Origin: an uncultured Verrucomicrobiae bacterium
Lineage (GTDB): Bacteria; Verrucomicrobiota; Verrucomicrobiia; Palsa-1439
Length of the DNA stretch: 64,000 bases
Assembly (NCBI GenBank): GCA_963812605.1
Contig: CAWEWF010000006.1
Coordinates: 256,001 to 320,000, forward strand
Direction: 5' to 3'
Under the pieces are notes generated by a model, which made no database searches, was not told where the DNA came from, and was given only the letters and a program-made list of their open reading frames with translations. The first letter of the stretch is position 1; each line of letters opens with the position of its first letter. Of this stretch, positions 40,973 to 53,106 are shown piece by piece. Both the position numbers and the translations under genes were made by a program.

Positions 40973-42430
40973 TCACCACGTATATCTCACCGTATACGTC
41001 ACCACCTGCTCGCCGTCTTTGTCCACCTTCACGGGAAAATGAATCGTGTTGGAGTCGTACTTCGTCCATTTCTGGTTCGACTCGGTGATCTCCCAGTTGT
41101 TCCAGCGGTAGAGGGTTTCCTTAACGAGGACTTCGACCGGCTCGGTCTTGTGGTTGCGGACGCGGATCTCGAAGCTCTCGGTAATGACGTGCCGGCCCGC
41201 ATCTACGTGAAAGTCCGTGCGTTTGCGTTCGCCGACGATGTCGAATGCGTCGCCGAGGTGCAGCTTGACGGTCTCATCCTTCGGCGTGTGGTCGATCTCG
41301 TCCTCGCCGATGAACTCCAGCGAGCCGTCGGCTTCATCGCGCTTATAGAGCCGCATCTTGCCCTTCGGCAGCGCCATGCCCATGTTGTTCTCCTTGGAAT
41401 TCTTCACCTCGATGACCACGTTGACCTTCTTATTGCCTTCTTCGCTGCCGTAGTTGGCATCCTCGTTCAATCCGCCGTAGAACCGGTACTGCGGCGCGCC
41501 GTCATAAAGAAAAACCTTCTTCACCGGCACGTCCGCCGCCTTCAGTAACTCGATCTGCTTGGTCTGGTTTTGCGCCACGGTTGCAGGGCGACCCAGCGTG
41601 TAGAGGTGATATTCAAAGAACGCCTTCTCCGCGAAACCCGGTTCCTTCGCTCTCGCGCCCGCGAACATCGCCACCGGCCCGCTTGTCTCCACCGCCGGCG
41701 CCACACGCCGCACGTCTCCTGCCATCAACTTCAGTTTCGCGTCTTTGTACGTCGCGCCCGACTGATTATTGATCGTGACCCAACCGCCGAGATCGAGTTT
41801 GGTGTCGTTGGGATTCAACGTGGCGTTGTAGTCCGCCTGCCAGGTGATGCCTGCGGTTTGATACGCCACTTCGATGAGTTGCTGTCCGACTTTTTCCGTC
41901 GCGAGCTTCCAAACCAGCGTCGGCTTGGTGATCAATCCTTCCGGCAGCGCGCCAAACTGGATGTCCTTCACGTTGTCGCCGCGTTGCACCATCACGATCT
42001 CCGCCTTCTCGCCCTCCTGCCGAATCACCAACTGGTTCGCATCGAAGCTCAAGAGACTGCCCGAATACCGCGAACCATCCTTCGTCAACACGGCAATCTG
42101 CTTGTCGATGTACTTTTCCAGAAGCTTGTCGGCGGACACCAGATCGTACTCGTAATTCTGCTCCAGCACCGTTGCGTCCGGGTCGGTGAGCGATTTGAAT
42201 TGTACGCTGGTCCCATCGATCTGCGACGCCACATCATCAAAACGGATCGTGCCCGTCTTTTCTTTGACGTCCACATTGCGTTTCTCGCGCACCACGCCGA
42301 AATTCTGGTTGTAGATCGTCAGCGCAATGCCCTCGCTGTCGGTTGTAGCCGCCGCCGTCCCGGCGGCCGGTGCGTTGGCGGCGACGAACGCGAACGCCAG
42401 TGGAATCATCGTCAGGCTGCGTAGCTTCAT
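40973..42430 (-). CDS. DUF4139 domain exported protein
   Basis: LTIYNQNFGVVRE, LEQNYEYDL, EYHLY, FIGEDEIDHTP; GGAGG RBS. Confidence 0.85.
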   Translation of the reverse strand: MKLRSLTMIPLAFAFVAANAPAAGTAAATTDSEGIALTIYNQNFGVVREKRNVDVKEKTGTIRFDDVASQIDGTSVQFKSLTDPDATVLEQNYEYDLVSADKLLEKYIDKQIAVLTKDGSRYSGSLLSFDANQLVIRQEGEKAEIVMVQRGDNVKDIQFGALPEGLITKPTLVWKLATEKVGQQLIEVAYQTAGITWQADYNATLNPNDTKLDLGGWVTINNQSGATYKDAKLKLMAGDVRRVAPAVETSGPVAMFAGARAKEPGFAEKAFFEYHLYTLGRPATVAQNQTKQIELLKAADVPVKKVFLYDGAPQYRFYGGLNEDANYGSEEGNKKVNVVIEVKNSKENNMGMALPKGKMRLYKRDEADGSLEFIGEDEIDHTPKDETVKLHLGDAFDIVGERKRTDFHVDAGRHVITESFEIRVRNHKTEPVEVLVKETLYRWNNWEITESNQKWTKYDSNTIHFPVKVDKDGEQVVTYTVRYTW

Positions 42431-42539
42431 AACAGTTCCTCCGTGGATGTCCGACACCGCCATCCTACAAGAGTTCCCCGCCGGGTGCGATATTTTCAGG
42501 AAAACTTTCCAAATGAGCTGGACTGCCTATAATGCGCGC

Positions 42540-45500
42540 ATGGCTTCCTGGAAATACGATGTCATTATCGTGGGAGCGGGTCCCGCCGGTATCACGGCGG
42601 CCATCGCGCTGGCGAAGGCGCAAATCCCCGTGCTCGTCATCGAGGCGGGCGTGTTCCCCGGCGCGGAAAACTGGTCGGGCGCGGTCTATTTTACGGAAAA
42701 CCTCGCGCAGCCCGATGTCCTCGGCGAACAGGCCGTCCGCGATTCCGCCTACGAACGTCCCGTCACCAAGCGCGGCTTCTACATTTATAACGGTCATTCG
42801 CTCGTTGGCCTCAATTATCGCAATCCCGCTACTTTCGCCAACTGCTACACCGTCCTTCGCCCCACGTACGATCATTATCTGGCCGAACTCGCGAAGTCCT
42901 TCGGCGCGGAGATCCTCACGGAAACCACAGTCGACGGCCTGCTTCGCGATGATAGCGGCCACATCATTGGCGTCCATACCGATCGCGGCTCGATTCACGC
43001 CGATGTTGTGTTCCTCGCCGAGGGCGACGCGTCGCAACTTGTCACGAAAGAAGGTTACGAGCGCAACGTCGAACCCGGCGCGCCGCATTTCCTGCAAGGC
43101 ATCAAGGAAGTCATCGAGGTCGATCCCGATTACATCGAGCATACATTCAAGCTGCCGCAAGGTGAAGGCGCGGCGTTTGAAATCCTCCTGCGCAACGGCT
43201 CGATCCACAATCGCACCGCCAATCTCAACATGGGCGGCTTCCTCTACACGAACAAGGCCAGCCTGTCGCTCGGCCTCGTCCTGCCGCTCGATAATCTCAG
43301 TAAAGAATTCGGCGGCGACCACAACCGTCTCATGGAATGGTTCAAAGGCCTGCCCGAAGTCCGCCGCTGGACGAACCACACCCGCTCGTCCGCCTACGGC
43401 GCAAAAATCATTCGCGGCGGCGGCTTCCGCGAGCTGCCGCAACTCGTCGACAACGGCCTCGCCATCGGCGGCGCCGCCACCGGCATCGGCCTCGATTTCC
43501 CCTACCCCAATTTCACCGGCCCCGCCACCGCCATGGGCCGCTTCTTCGCCAACGCCGTCAAGCAGGCCCGCGCCGCCAACAAAACTTTCTCGCGCCCTGT
43601 CCTGGAAGAACTCTACGAGCGCCCGCTGCGCAAGACGCATCACTTCAAGAACGTACAGTTCCTGGAAAAATGGCCGCATTACGTCGAGCATACACGCGTG
43701 TTCTTCGGTCGCGCCGCCGACCTCGCGACCGGCTCGCTCTATATTGCGAGCAACGCCGCACTGCGCCCGCGCCAAAGGCTCTGGCAACTGGCCAAGTTTA
43801 CTCGCGAAACTCTCCCGCTAAAAAACTGGGGCGAGTTTTTCCACGATCTGCGCGAACAGCGCGCCGCCCTGGGTTTGACACAAAAGAATTCTGCGCATGT
43901 GGGAGGGACCTCAGTGTCCCGACCCGAATCAGGCGAAGTGCTCCTGGAATTCCGCGTTGACGGCGAACCGTGCACGGACTTTCTCTGGCCGCTTTCCCGT
44001 TTTTTCCTGAAACTGCCCCAAGCCCTGCCGCTCGCATGCGATCATGTCTACGGCAATGACGCAACGCCGTTGCCCGGGAAGCTCAAGAGCGCCATCTCCG
44101 CGTTGCGTCGCGGTCTCGGCTTGCCCGACCATCTCATTCCTGTCGTCGGCGGCCTTGCGTTGCTGGTGTTGATGCCCATTCAATGGATCTGCGAACTGAT
44201 CTACCTCGTCATTACACGGCCGTCGCCGGAAAAATTTCTCTCAGGTTTCTTCCAAAAAAATCGCGCTCTCGTCCGCGAACGCCTCAAGCTCGACCCTGAC
44301 GCCGTCAAAATCGAACAGTCGTGGGAAGAGAAGCTGTCCCTCATCCGTTACTTTTCCGAGGACCACTCGCATATCAAGATGTTCCGCCCTGAAAATTTCG
44401 AGAACCGCGCGAAGATCGCGGAGTCCCCGCTCTGGCACGTCTGTCCCGCAAAAGTTTACGAGTGCCACACCGACGACCTCGGCCAGTCCCAACTGGTCGT
44501 GAACTTCGAGAACTGCATCAAGTGCGAGACCTGTTGGCGCTCCGCCCCGAACGACGTTGATTGGACGCGCCAACGCGGCCAGCGATTGATTTTCAGTGCT
44601 CCCACCGAGGTAAATCGAAAACTTCTCGCCATACTGAAGTCCGTCACCCCGACCGAAGCGAAGGGTGTGGCCTCGCAGTCATCCCAGATTCTTCAATTCA
44701 CCCAGTATGAGATGCGCGAGAAGGCTCTCGCTCTCTCCAGCAAACTTCACCAGTTCTGCGACACCGTTTATTCCGGCCCGCGCTATATCGACGCCGGCCG
44801 CACGCGTTGGCTGCAATCGTTGTTGAACGAAGCGCAGGCCATCGCCACCGGGATCAAAAACCCGGGCATCGGCAGGCAGATGGTCCGCATTCTCGGCCAC
44901 GCCAAACGCCGCAAGTTCTTTTGGGCCGAAGCCGACACCCGACAATTGCTGGAACAACTTCCTCCACCTCGTGCTTTGGCGACTGAAACGCCGCAGCAAG
45001 CGCGCGTCGCGATGCTCGCGCGTCTTGACAAACTCTTTTCGAAACAGGCCATCAAGGACCTTGAACACAATCAGCCATTGTCAAAAGAGCAGAAAAATTT
45101 CCTGCATGTGCTTGCCGACACCGTTTCGCCGCCACGCCCGATGATTCTGCGCGAGCTGGCGCGCCGCGATCCGTCACTGGCCGCGCTCGTCTCGGGGATT
45201 TATTCCGCGCAGGTCGCTGCGCGCCCGGAACTCGTCAACCAGCCGTGGATCGGCCTCACTGCCGCGCGCAGCGCCTGGAAGGAATTCATCCCGGAGCAGA
45301 CGCCGACGTTGCCGCAAGTTGCCGCCGACGTTTGCGCCATCGCCCTGGGCGCGGGCGAGATGTTGTTGGAACGCTGTCGGCAACATGCGACCAGTCGCGT
45401 CCAGTTTCCCGGACTCTTCAAGGACGAAGACGGCCACGACGGCATCGCCAAGTTCGGGTCCGTGAAGAAACTGCTGAGCGAAATGGAAGCGCAGGTGTAC

Positions 45501-48500
45501 CTCCTGGAGGCGCTGTTAGATGTTGTAGGGCAAGCGGCCCGCTTGCCAAATACGACGGCAGGCGATGCGCCTGCCCTACAAAACGACGCCGCTGCTTTGG
45601 TGAAAATTCTGGCGAGCACGGCGTTCGGTCCCGACTCCGGCAGTCTCGCCTATAACGCCGGCCAAATCTTCGGCGGCACCGCCTATAGCGAAGACGACGT
45701 GCTGTCAAAATTCTACCGCGACAGCGTCTGTTTCTCGCACATGCTGATCGATGATGGGGAGTTGAAACGGCAGCTTGGTCCAGACGCGGAGGCAAAACTG
45801 CGCCGTTTCGCCGTCGAAGCTGTCAAGCAACACGCCATTGATCCGACGGAACTCGAGGCAGAGATTGTAAAATACTTCGTGGCCCACCAGGACGCGCCAC
45901 AGCCCGCTTCAGGGCTCGGCATCCAGATCATCGAGCGGGGTTACATCGAAGCGCCACTCGAACGACCGCCAGCCTTCAATTATCGCGAGTCGCTGAAGAC
46001 CGAACAGGAATATGACTACGGCGATTTCCTCGTAAAACCGTTCGATGCAAACGCCTGGCGGTTCACGCCCGAAATGCTGCAGGCGGACACCGAGTTGCGG
46101 GCCTATTACGATGAGCTTTATCAGTATTTCACCGAGAAGTTCTGGAATGCCCGCTTCGACGGCCTGCCGTACTACCGACTCGTTGAAAAACTGCACATGA
46201 TTCCGCTCGCCGACGTCCGCGACATGATCGCGCGCGGCTTCATGCGCATGTATATCCCGACGGAATTCGGCGGCCAAGGTTTGCTCAAGGCCCACTACTA
46301 CGTCCTCTGCCCGCTCTCGATGCGTTACGCCGACCCGTCCTACGCGCTGACCATCATGGCCCATTCGAGCATCGGCACCACGCCTATCCTGCTCGGCCTC
46401 AACCAGGATTTGCCGCGCGCGAAGGAAGACCTGCAGCAGTTCCTCTCTAACCAATCTCAAATCGAAAATCTAAAATCGGAAATCGCCCGCATTCTCCGAA
46501 TGCTGGACTCACCGGGAGCCCTCAAGGTGAAAAAAGTCTTCACCGCCTTGGGCGAACAAGTGAAGACAACATCGGCAAAAAACCGATGCTGCGGGCCATC
46601 GCCAGCGAATTCCTCGCCCACTTCATGGACGCCGGCCGCGCCGGTTTGCGCACCGACCTCGTCGCTTTCAAAAGCGAGTTGCAGCAGTCACTGGCGACGT
46701 TGGACACGCTTCGCCCGCGCGCCGAAGCGGTCATCGCCGAACTGGACCGCCGCGCCGAGGCCCACAAACTGTTCCTGCGGCTTATCTCGGCGGGCCAGAT
46801 TAGCGCGTTTGCGTTGACCGAACCGAACGCCGGGAGCGATTCCGGCGGCGTCCAGACCCGGGCGGAACTGAAAAAAGCCGAGGTGCTCACCGACGCCGAC
46901 GGTGTGAAGTACTTCCTGCTTGGAAAGGATCGCAAAAACATCATCGATGCCGCGACGATCGACCTGACCAAGATCGATTACAGCGAGTACGACTACAAGA
47001 CCGATGACCCGGTGAAATTCCGTTACTACCAGCACAACGGGAAGCGCATTCCCATTCACGACATCGCCCAGGTCCGCCGCGACGGCGACAAGGAATTCTA
47101 CGAGTACTACGAGGTCAACGGCGCCAAAATGTGGATCACCAACGGCCACGTGGCCGGCGTCTTTTGCCTCTACGCCCGCACGAAGGAAGGCCCAACGGGT
47201 TTCATGGTGGACCGACACGCCGAGGGCCTCATCGTCGGCAAGGACGAGGAAAAAATGGGCCAGCGCGGCTCGCCCACGAACGAACTCGGCCTCACCAGCG
47301 TCCGCGTCCCCCGCGAGAACATCATCGGCATCGAGGGCCGGGGACAGGTCAACGCGCTGGAGACGTTGAACGTCGGCCGCCTCGGCCTCTGTGTCAGCGC
47401 GGTATCGATGATGACAAAAATTTTCGAGCAGACCCACACCTTCATCAAAGAGCACTATCTGGAAAAGAACCCCCATGCCTTTGCGATGCTCGGTCCCATG
47501 GCTGCCGAGCTGTACGCCACCGAATCACTCGCCTACGAACTCATCGGCCGCGCCGACCACCACGGCACAAAATCCGTCCGGACCGAATCGGCCATCGGCA
47601 AATACTACGCCAGCGAGGCCCTGCATCGGACCATCCGCTCCGCCGAGAAAATCATGGGCATCGAGGGTTGCACCCAGATGCACGAATTGGAAAAGCACCG
47701 CCGCGACGCCCGCGTCCTCAACATCTACGAGGGCACCAATGAAGTGCAACGTTTTCTCATCCTTCGCGACCTCATTGATCATGTGTTACCACAATGGCGG
47801 AAGAGCGAGACAGGGTTCAATGCCGGTGGTTTGAAAGGTCCTGCGCACGGAAGGCTGGCGGATGCGAAGAATCTTTTGGTGCGCGCTGTTAGTCGCGCCG
47901 CAGATGCGTTCGGCCCCAGGTGTGGCAGAACGCCGATTTCCAGCCGACGATGTTTAAGCTGGTGGACATCGCAGGCTACATCAAAGTGATGGATTCGACG
48001 GCGTGGCGAACACACTGGCTGGACACCCAGACGCACGACGTTGATCGTCAATCCTTCGCTCACTTTGCCACGGAGGCGTACACCGAACATGCGTGGCGTG
48101 AAATCGAGCGCCTTCACGAAGAATTCGAGCGCGACCTACTCCTCCTCAAGCAAGGCCTCTACCCACCCGACATCCGCGTCGCGCAATTGGCATTGCAAGC
48201 CCAAGAGGAACACAGTGAAGAACCGCGCCCACAACCACCGCACAAGGTCACCGGGCCATTACACGTACTAGTTGTCTTGAATATCGTCCCGATTCTCTCG
48301 CCGCGTCCGCGCATCGTGAATGGCGAACTGCTGGAGACACATTTCGATATTGATGCCGCGAGTCGCACGGCCCTGGAGCGCGCCCTCGAACTGAAATTCG
48401 CCTCCGAAAAAGTTAGCGTCACGGCCATTGCGGTTGCGCCGGGTGACGCGACGGAATCCTTGCGCCGCGCCCTAGCGCTCGGCGCTAACGGCGCGGCGTT

Positions 48501-50046
48501 AATCAAAACCACTGATCTTCCCGACAACCCGCACGACAGCGCCCGATTGGTGGCCGACCTGATGGGCCAGAAACAACTGCCGTGCGATCTCGTCCTTTGT
48601 GGTGACGCGATCATGGCCGCCGTGCTGGCAGGCAACCTGGGCGCGTCCCATTTCTCCGGGGTGAAGGAATTCGTCGTCAATGGTGACCAAACGACAATCC
48701 ACCTCCTGAAGCCGGTGGCATCCATTACCAACGACGGCCCCGTCGTCCTCGCAATGACGGAAGGCGAAACCGACCTGGATTTCCATGTCGACGATTACTT
48801 CAAGGCGCTGAACAAACCGCTGGAAGTCATCGACGCCCTGCAACTCGCCACTGCGCCACGTCCTGGCTTGCGGTATCAATTGCCGGAGAAGCGGCGGTGG
48901 AAGAGAAGTTTGAATCGACACCGGGTCAGTCGCCGCCCTCGTGCGAAAGATTGCCGGGGTCGAAACCGTCGCGCAAGGCAGCGGGTCGTTCGCGGGCAAA
49001 GTGGAATCCGCCGCGAAGGAAAAGCTGCCGGGACGCGATGCCGCCGTGTTCCTGGCGACACCCGAAAAACTGGAAGGCCTCGAAACCGCCGCCGCCTGCG
49101 CCGTGGCATTGGGATTGCCATTCCACGTGCTGGTGCTGGGAGATTTCGACAAGCGCGCCGCGCGGTCGGTCGCGGCCCGCGTGAACGCCCGCTCGATCTA
49201 CTTCGCAAGCAGCCCGCATCTGTCGGACGCGACGCCGGCCGCGTTGCTCGCGGCGCTTCAAACGATGTGGAAAGACCTGTTGCCCGCCGTGTTGGCCTCC
49301 GGGACTGGGCCAATGAATTGCTCGCGCAATTTGCCCGCACCTTCCCGCGCGTCCAGGCTTGCTACAACGTCGCGGATGTTGCGCCAGCAAACGGGGCGCT
49401 TGAACTCGTGATGCCGGCGTTCGGCGGCAAGGTGCAACGCGTGGCCACCGTCAGCGAGATCACCACGCATCCGCTGGTGATGACCGTCGCGACAGGCGCG
49501 AGCGGAGAGCCGAAAGTTGAAAACGACAAACAAGTCTCTCTCGTGTCCCTGGAATTCGAGTACGACCCGGAAACTGACGACCTGGCGCGCGCGTTGCGGG
49601 CGGCACACGAGGAAACCAGTGTAAAATCCATCGCCGATGCCGAGTTCATCATCGACGTCGGTTACGCGGTGCGCAACCAGGAGAACTTCGACCTGGTGAT
49701 CGCCCCGCTCAAGAAGCGGCTCGAGGAAATCGGCCTGAAGAATGTCCTGCTCGGCGGGACCCGCAAAGTCGTCGAAGAATTGAAACTGCTCGCGCCCGAT
49801 CAACAAATCGGCCAGACCGGCACCGCCGTCAACCCCCGGATGATTATCTCCATCGGCGTCAGCGGCGCGCCGCAGCACGTGGACTATATCGGCGACCGGG
49901 CCACCATCATCGCATTCAATAAGGATGCCGACGCACCGTTGATGACCTTGAACAAACGACGAGCGCGCCCGAAGGTCGTGCCCGTGATCGGAGACTTGTT
50001 TGAGACGGTGCCGCGTTTCACGGCGGCGCTGAAGCCGCACCGTTGA
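42540..50046 (+). CDS. probable single ~2500-aa fusion: FixC-like FAD oxidoreductase, FixX ferredoxin, acyl-CoA dehydrogenase domains, EtfB, EtfA (about 5 frameshifts)
   Basis: VGAGPAG/GAENWSG; CPAKVY..CIKCETC; AFALTEPNAGSD, NGAKMWITNG, IYEGTNEVQR; RRALALGA; QIGQTG..GVSGAPQH..NKDADAP; frames join by single-base deletions near 46570, 47915, 48890, 48925, 49303. Confidence 0.78.
45524..45580. repeat. inverted REP doublet (57 bp) inside coding sequence
   Basis: TGTAGGGCAAGCGGCCCGCTTGCC...GGCAGGCGATGCGCCTGCCCTACA; first half identical to intergenic 30487-30510. Confidence 0.85.
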
Positions 50047-50214
50047 ACGCCTTGTAAAATATGTCTTGCAAAGGCAGTGGCGATTTGCCATAAACCACCC
50101 GGTGAGTTTTGGAGAAGCATCAGGCTGGGTGTGTGGGCGGCTTCTATTTCCATTCCAGCCTTGGACCTCTTCATTACCTACAAACCTTAACCGTCGGAAT
50201 CAGGAGGAAGGGCA

Positions 50215-51996
50215 ATGAACGGCATTCAGGCGAGTGGATCGATCGGGCGTCGCGGGCTTCTGGTATTCTCTGTTCTCGTTTTGGGAACAATCGTCGATTC
50301 ATTCTCGGCAAGGGCCGACACCAATGCGCTGGCTATCATCAATTTGACGGGCGGCATAACCGCCTTCGACGGTAGCGGTGTTACCGTGGGACAAATTGAA
50401 AGCGCCACACCCACGAATCATGTGGATTTCAACAGCGCCAATCTTTCGCAAACACTTTTGAGCGCCACCGCCACGTCTTCTGCCACTAACCATGCCACCG
50501 AGGTTGCCAGCGTGATGGTGAGCACTGGCGTGGTGACGCGCGGCGTCGCCCCCGGGGCCAAGCTTTATTCGATAGGCGCATCTACGGATCCTCAATTCCT
50601 GAATGCATACTGGCTGATCGCCACTCAAGCAGTCGGGAGGGCCAAGGTAATCAATATGAGTTTTGGCTCGGCCACTGTCACCAGGTCCAGTAACACAGCC
50701 AATGGAACGAATTACGTTACCTATACACGCGTGGCCAATCCCGATGGAAACGACGCGGACTCTCAGACAATTGATAATGTCGCGGCTACCACAGGTGCAG
50801 TATTCGTCAAATCCGCCGGTAATAGCGGCGAGGCTGGTACTAACACGGTCACCGCGCCCGGGGCTGCCTACAACATCATCACGGTCGGTGCCGTGAGCAA
50901 CCTGACTGCGAAAACAACATCCGTAGCCGACTTCAGTTCCCGGGGATACCTGGCTAGCGGTCGATCTGCCGTCGATATCGTCGCGGTCGGCGCCGACGTG
51001 GCCATGGCCGGCTTCTATACCAACTCGACTTTCACGCGGACAGTTGTTCAGGTTGTTTCGAACAATGTTGGGGCGCCGGCGATCTACCAAATAGGAAGCA
51101 CTGGTTACTACCCATCCGGTCCCGGGCTCGCCCAAAGCCCGCTTTCCATGGTGGCTACAAGTTCCGGCACGAGTTTTGCCGCTCCCATGGTTTCGGGTGT
51201 CGCGGCACTCCTGGTGGAAGCCGCCGCAACCAACTTTGTGGCGACGCCGAGCACCGTGACCGCCGCTCAGGATCCCCGCACCATCAAGGCCGTCCTGCTG
51301 AATTCAGCGACGAAACTGCCGGGCTGGGGGCAAGGCGCTGTGGCCGGTGGCACGGCTGGCCTCACCGGTATTCTCACGGGCGGGGTCAACGGGGTCACGA
51401 CTGTCCTCCAACCCCTGGATCCCAACCAGGGCGCCGGCTTGCTCAATGCCAATGGAGCCTACCTCCAATTGGCTGCGGGCCGTCAGGGACCTTTGTTCAC
51501 CAATAACAACATTCGGGCCAACGGAAATGTAGGATTGATCGGTTGGGATTTCAACACGGTGGCGTTGTCCTTGAGCAATGTTTACCGGGTAGCCAGTCAG
51601 GCCCAGGGCTCTATGGCTCTGACGCTCGACTGGAATCGAGATGTCACAACGGATGGGGGAACGAACCTGCTGCAAGGCATGGCCAACCTGAACTTGAACC
51701 TCTACACAAGTTCCGACGTTTTATTTACCAACGTGCCGCTGGTCGCCCAATCCATCAGCGGGATCGACAACGTCGAGCACCTGTGGTTCACCAATTTGCC
51801 GTCAGCTTTTTACGAGTTCGGCGTAGGTTACGCCAACTATAATTCCCTGGGGGGCCCCAACGCGCCGACGGTCAACTATGGCATCGCCTGGAACTTCCAG
51901 GCTGTGCCCGAGCCTAGTTCGCTCCTGCTGGTCGGGCTGGGTATCAGCGGCCTGGCATGGCGCGTGAAACGCCGACGAATACCGCCGACGGTCTGA
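50215..51996 (+). CDS. S8 subtilase with PEP-CTERM sorting signal
   Basis: HATEVAS, SAGNSG, SGTSFAAPMVSG; C-terminal VPEPSSLLLVGLG..KRRR. Confidence 0.88.
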   Translation: MNGIQASGSIGRRGLLVFSVLVLGTIVDSFSARADTNALAIINLTGGITAFDGSGVTVGQIESATPTNHVDFNSANLSQTLLSATATSSATNHATEVASVMVSTGVVTRGVAPGAKLYSIGASTDPQFLNAYWLIATQAVGRAKVINMSFGSATVTRSSNTANGTNYVTYTRVANPDGNDADSQTIDNVAATTGAVFVKSAGNSGEAGTNTVTAPGAAYNIITVGAVSNLTAKTTSVADFSSRGYLASGRSAVDIVAVGADVAMAGFYTNSTFTRTVVQVVSNNVGAPAIYQIGSTGYYPSGPGLAQSPLSMVATSSGTSFAAPMVSGVAALLVEAAATNFVATPSTVTAAQDPRTIKAVLLNSATKLPGWGQGAVAGGTAGLTGILTGGVNGVTTVLQPLDPNQGAGLLNANGAYLQLAAGRQGPLFTNNNIRANGNVGLIGWDFNTVALSLSNVYRVASQAQGSMALTLDWNRDVTTDGGTNLLQGMANLNLNLYTSSDVLFTNVPLVAQSISGIDNVEHLWFTNLPSAFYEFGVGYANYNSLGGPNAPTVNYGIAWNFQAVPEPSSLLLVGLGISGLAWRVKRRRIPPTV

Positions 51997-52095
51997 AACT
52001 GGATCTCCAGCGGCACCAAAAGTGCGTCGCAACACGTCGATCGTGATGGCGCTTGAGCGACCCTTGTTGCGTTCAACAAGAACGCGCGAAGTGTA

Positions 52096-53088
52096 TTGTT
52101 GCGCTCAAAACGTGGGGTTGACCTTCTATTGATTACGCCAGCGGATATTAGCGTCACCCTTCCGGTGAGTGTGGCCATCAATCGCGTGAAGCTGCTGTTG
52201 TTCGAGCCTTTCGATCTTGGCAAATGGTTTGCCATCGGCTTCTGCGCCTGGCTCGCCCATCTGGGAGAGACGGGATTCCAGGCAAATTACAATGTCGGCG
52301 CGCCCCGCGGCGGAGCGGGAAAAGGCGTCCACGAGGGATTCGAGCATGCGCGGGCCTATGTGTTGGACAATCTCGGCTGGATCCTGCCGCTCGCGGCGGC
52401 CTTGGTGTTTGTCGGCTTCGCGTTCTGGGTGCTCCTGACCTGGCTGCGCAGCCGGGGCAATTTCATGTTCCTTCACTGCGTGGCCTTTGACAAGGCAGAG
52501 GTCCGCGGGCCCTGGCACAAATTCGCTCGCGCAGGAAAGAGCTTGTTCCAGTTCCGTCTGGCGCTGGGGTTGGTCGGGATGATTCCAGTGTTACCGTTGC
52601 TGGTGCTCGCAGCCATGATGGTCATACGGATGATTGACCACGGCCAGCCTGAATTTCACAGCATTCTGCTGCTGATCGGGGTCGTGTTGATGCTCTTCGG
52701 GGTGGGGATGGTCTTTTTCGTGGTCGCCAAGCTCACCACGGATTTCGTGGTGCCGATCATGTTCCTGCGAGGCATCACCTGCCTGGAGTCATGGAAGGAA
52801 TTGCTCGGCCTGATCTCGGTTCAGGTTCCCAACTTTCTGTTGTATCTCCTGTTCCAAATCGTACTGGGGTTCGCGACGGGTGTGCTCGTGCTCATCGCCG
52901 TCCTCGTAACCTGCTGCATCGCCGGTTGCTTGATGATCATTCCGTATCTGGGCACCGTGCTGTTGCTGCCAATTCTGGTATTCAAGCGCTCCTATTCGCT
53001 CCACTACCTGGCGCAGTATGGACAAGCATATGACGTGTTCCCCCCGCAACTACCGCCGCAACTCGGCGTGACGCCACCACTATCATAG
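52096..53088 (+). CDS. multi-pass membrane protein
   Basis: KWFAIGFCAWLA, DFVVPIM, TCCIAGC; start uncertain. Confidence 0.7.
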   Translation: MLRSKRGVDLLLITPADISVTLPVSVAINRVKLLLFEPFDLGKWFAIGFCAWLAHLGETGFQANYNVGAPRGGAGKGVHEGFEHARAYVLDNLGWILPLAAALVFVGFAFWVLLTWLRSRGNFMFLHCVAFDKAEVRGPWHKFARAGKSLFQFRLALGLVGMIPVLPLLVLAAMMVIRMIDHGQPEFHSILLLIGVVLMLFGVGMVFFVVAKLTTDFVVPIMFLRGITCLESWKELLGLISVQVPNFLLYLLFQIVLGFATGVLVLIAVLVTCCIAGCLMIIPYLGTVLLLPILVFKRSYSLHYLAQYGQAYDVFPPQLPPQLGVTPPLS

Positions 53089-53106
53089 GGCGGTTCCAAG
53101 GTGGGT

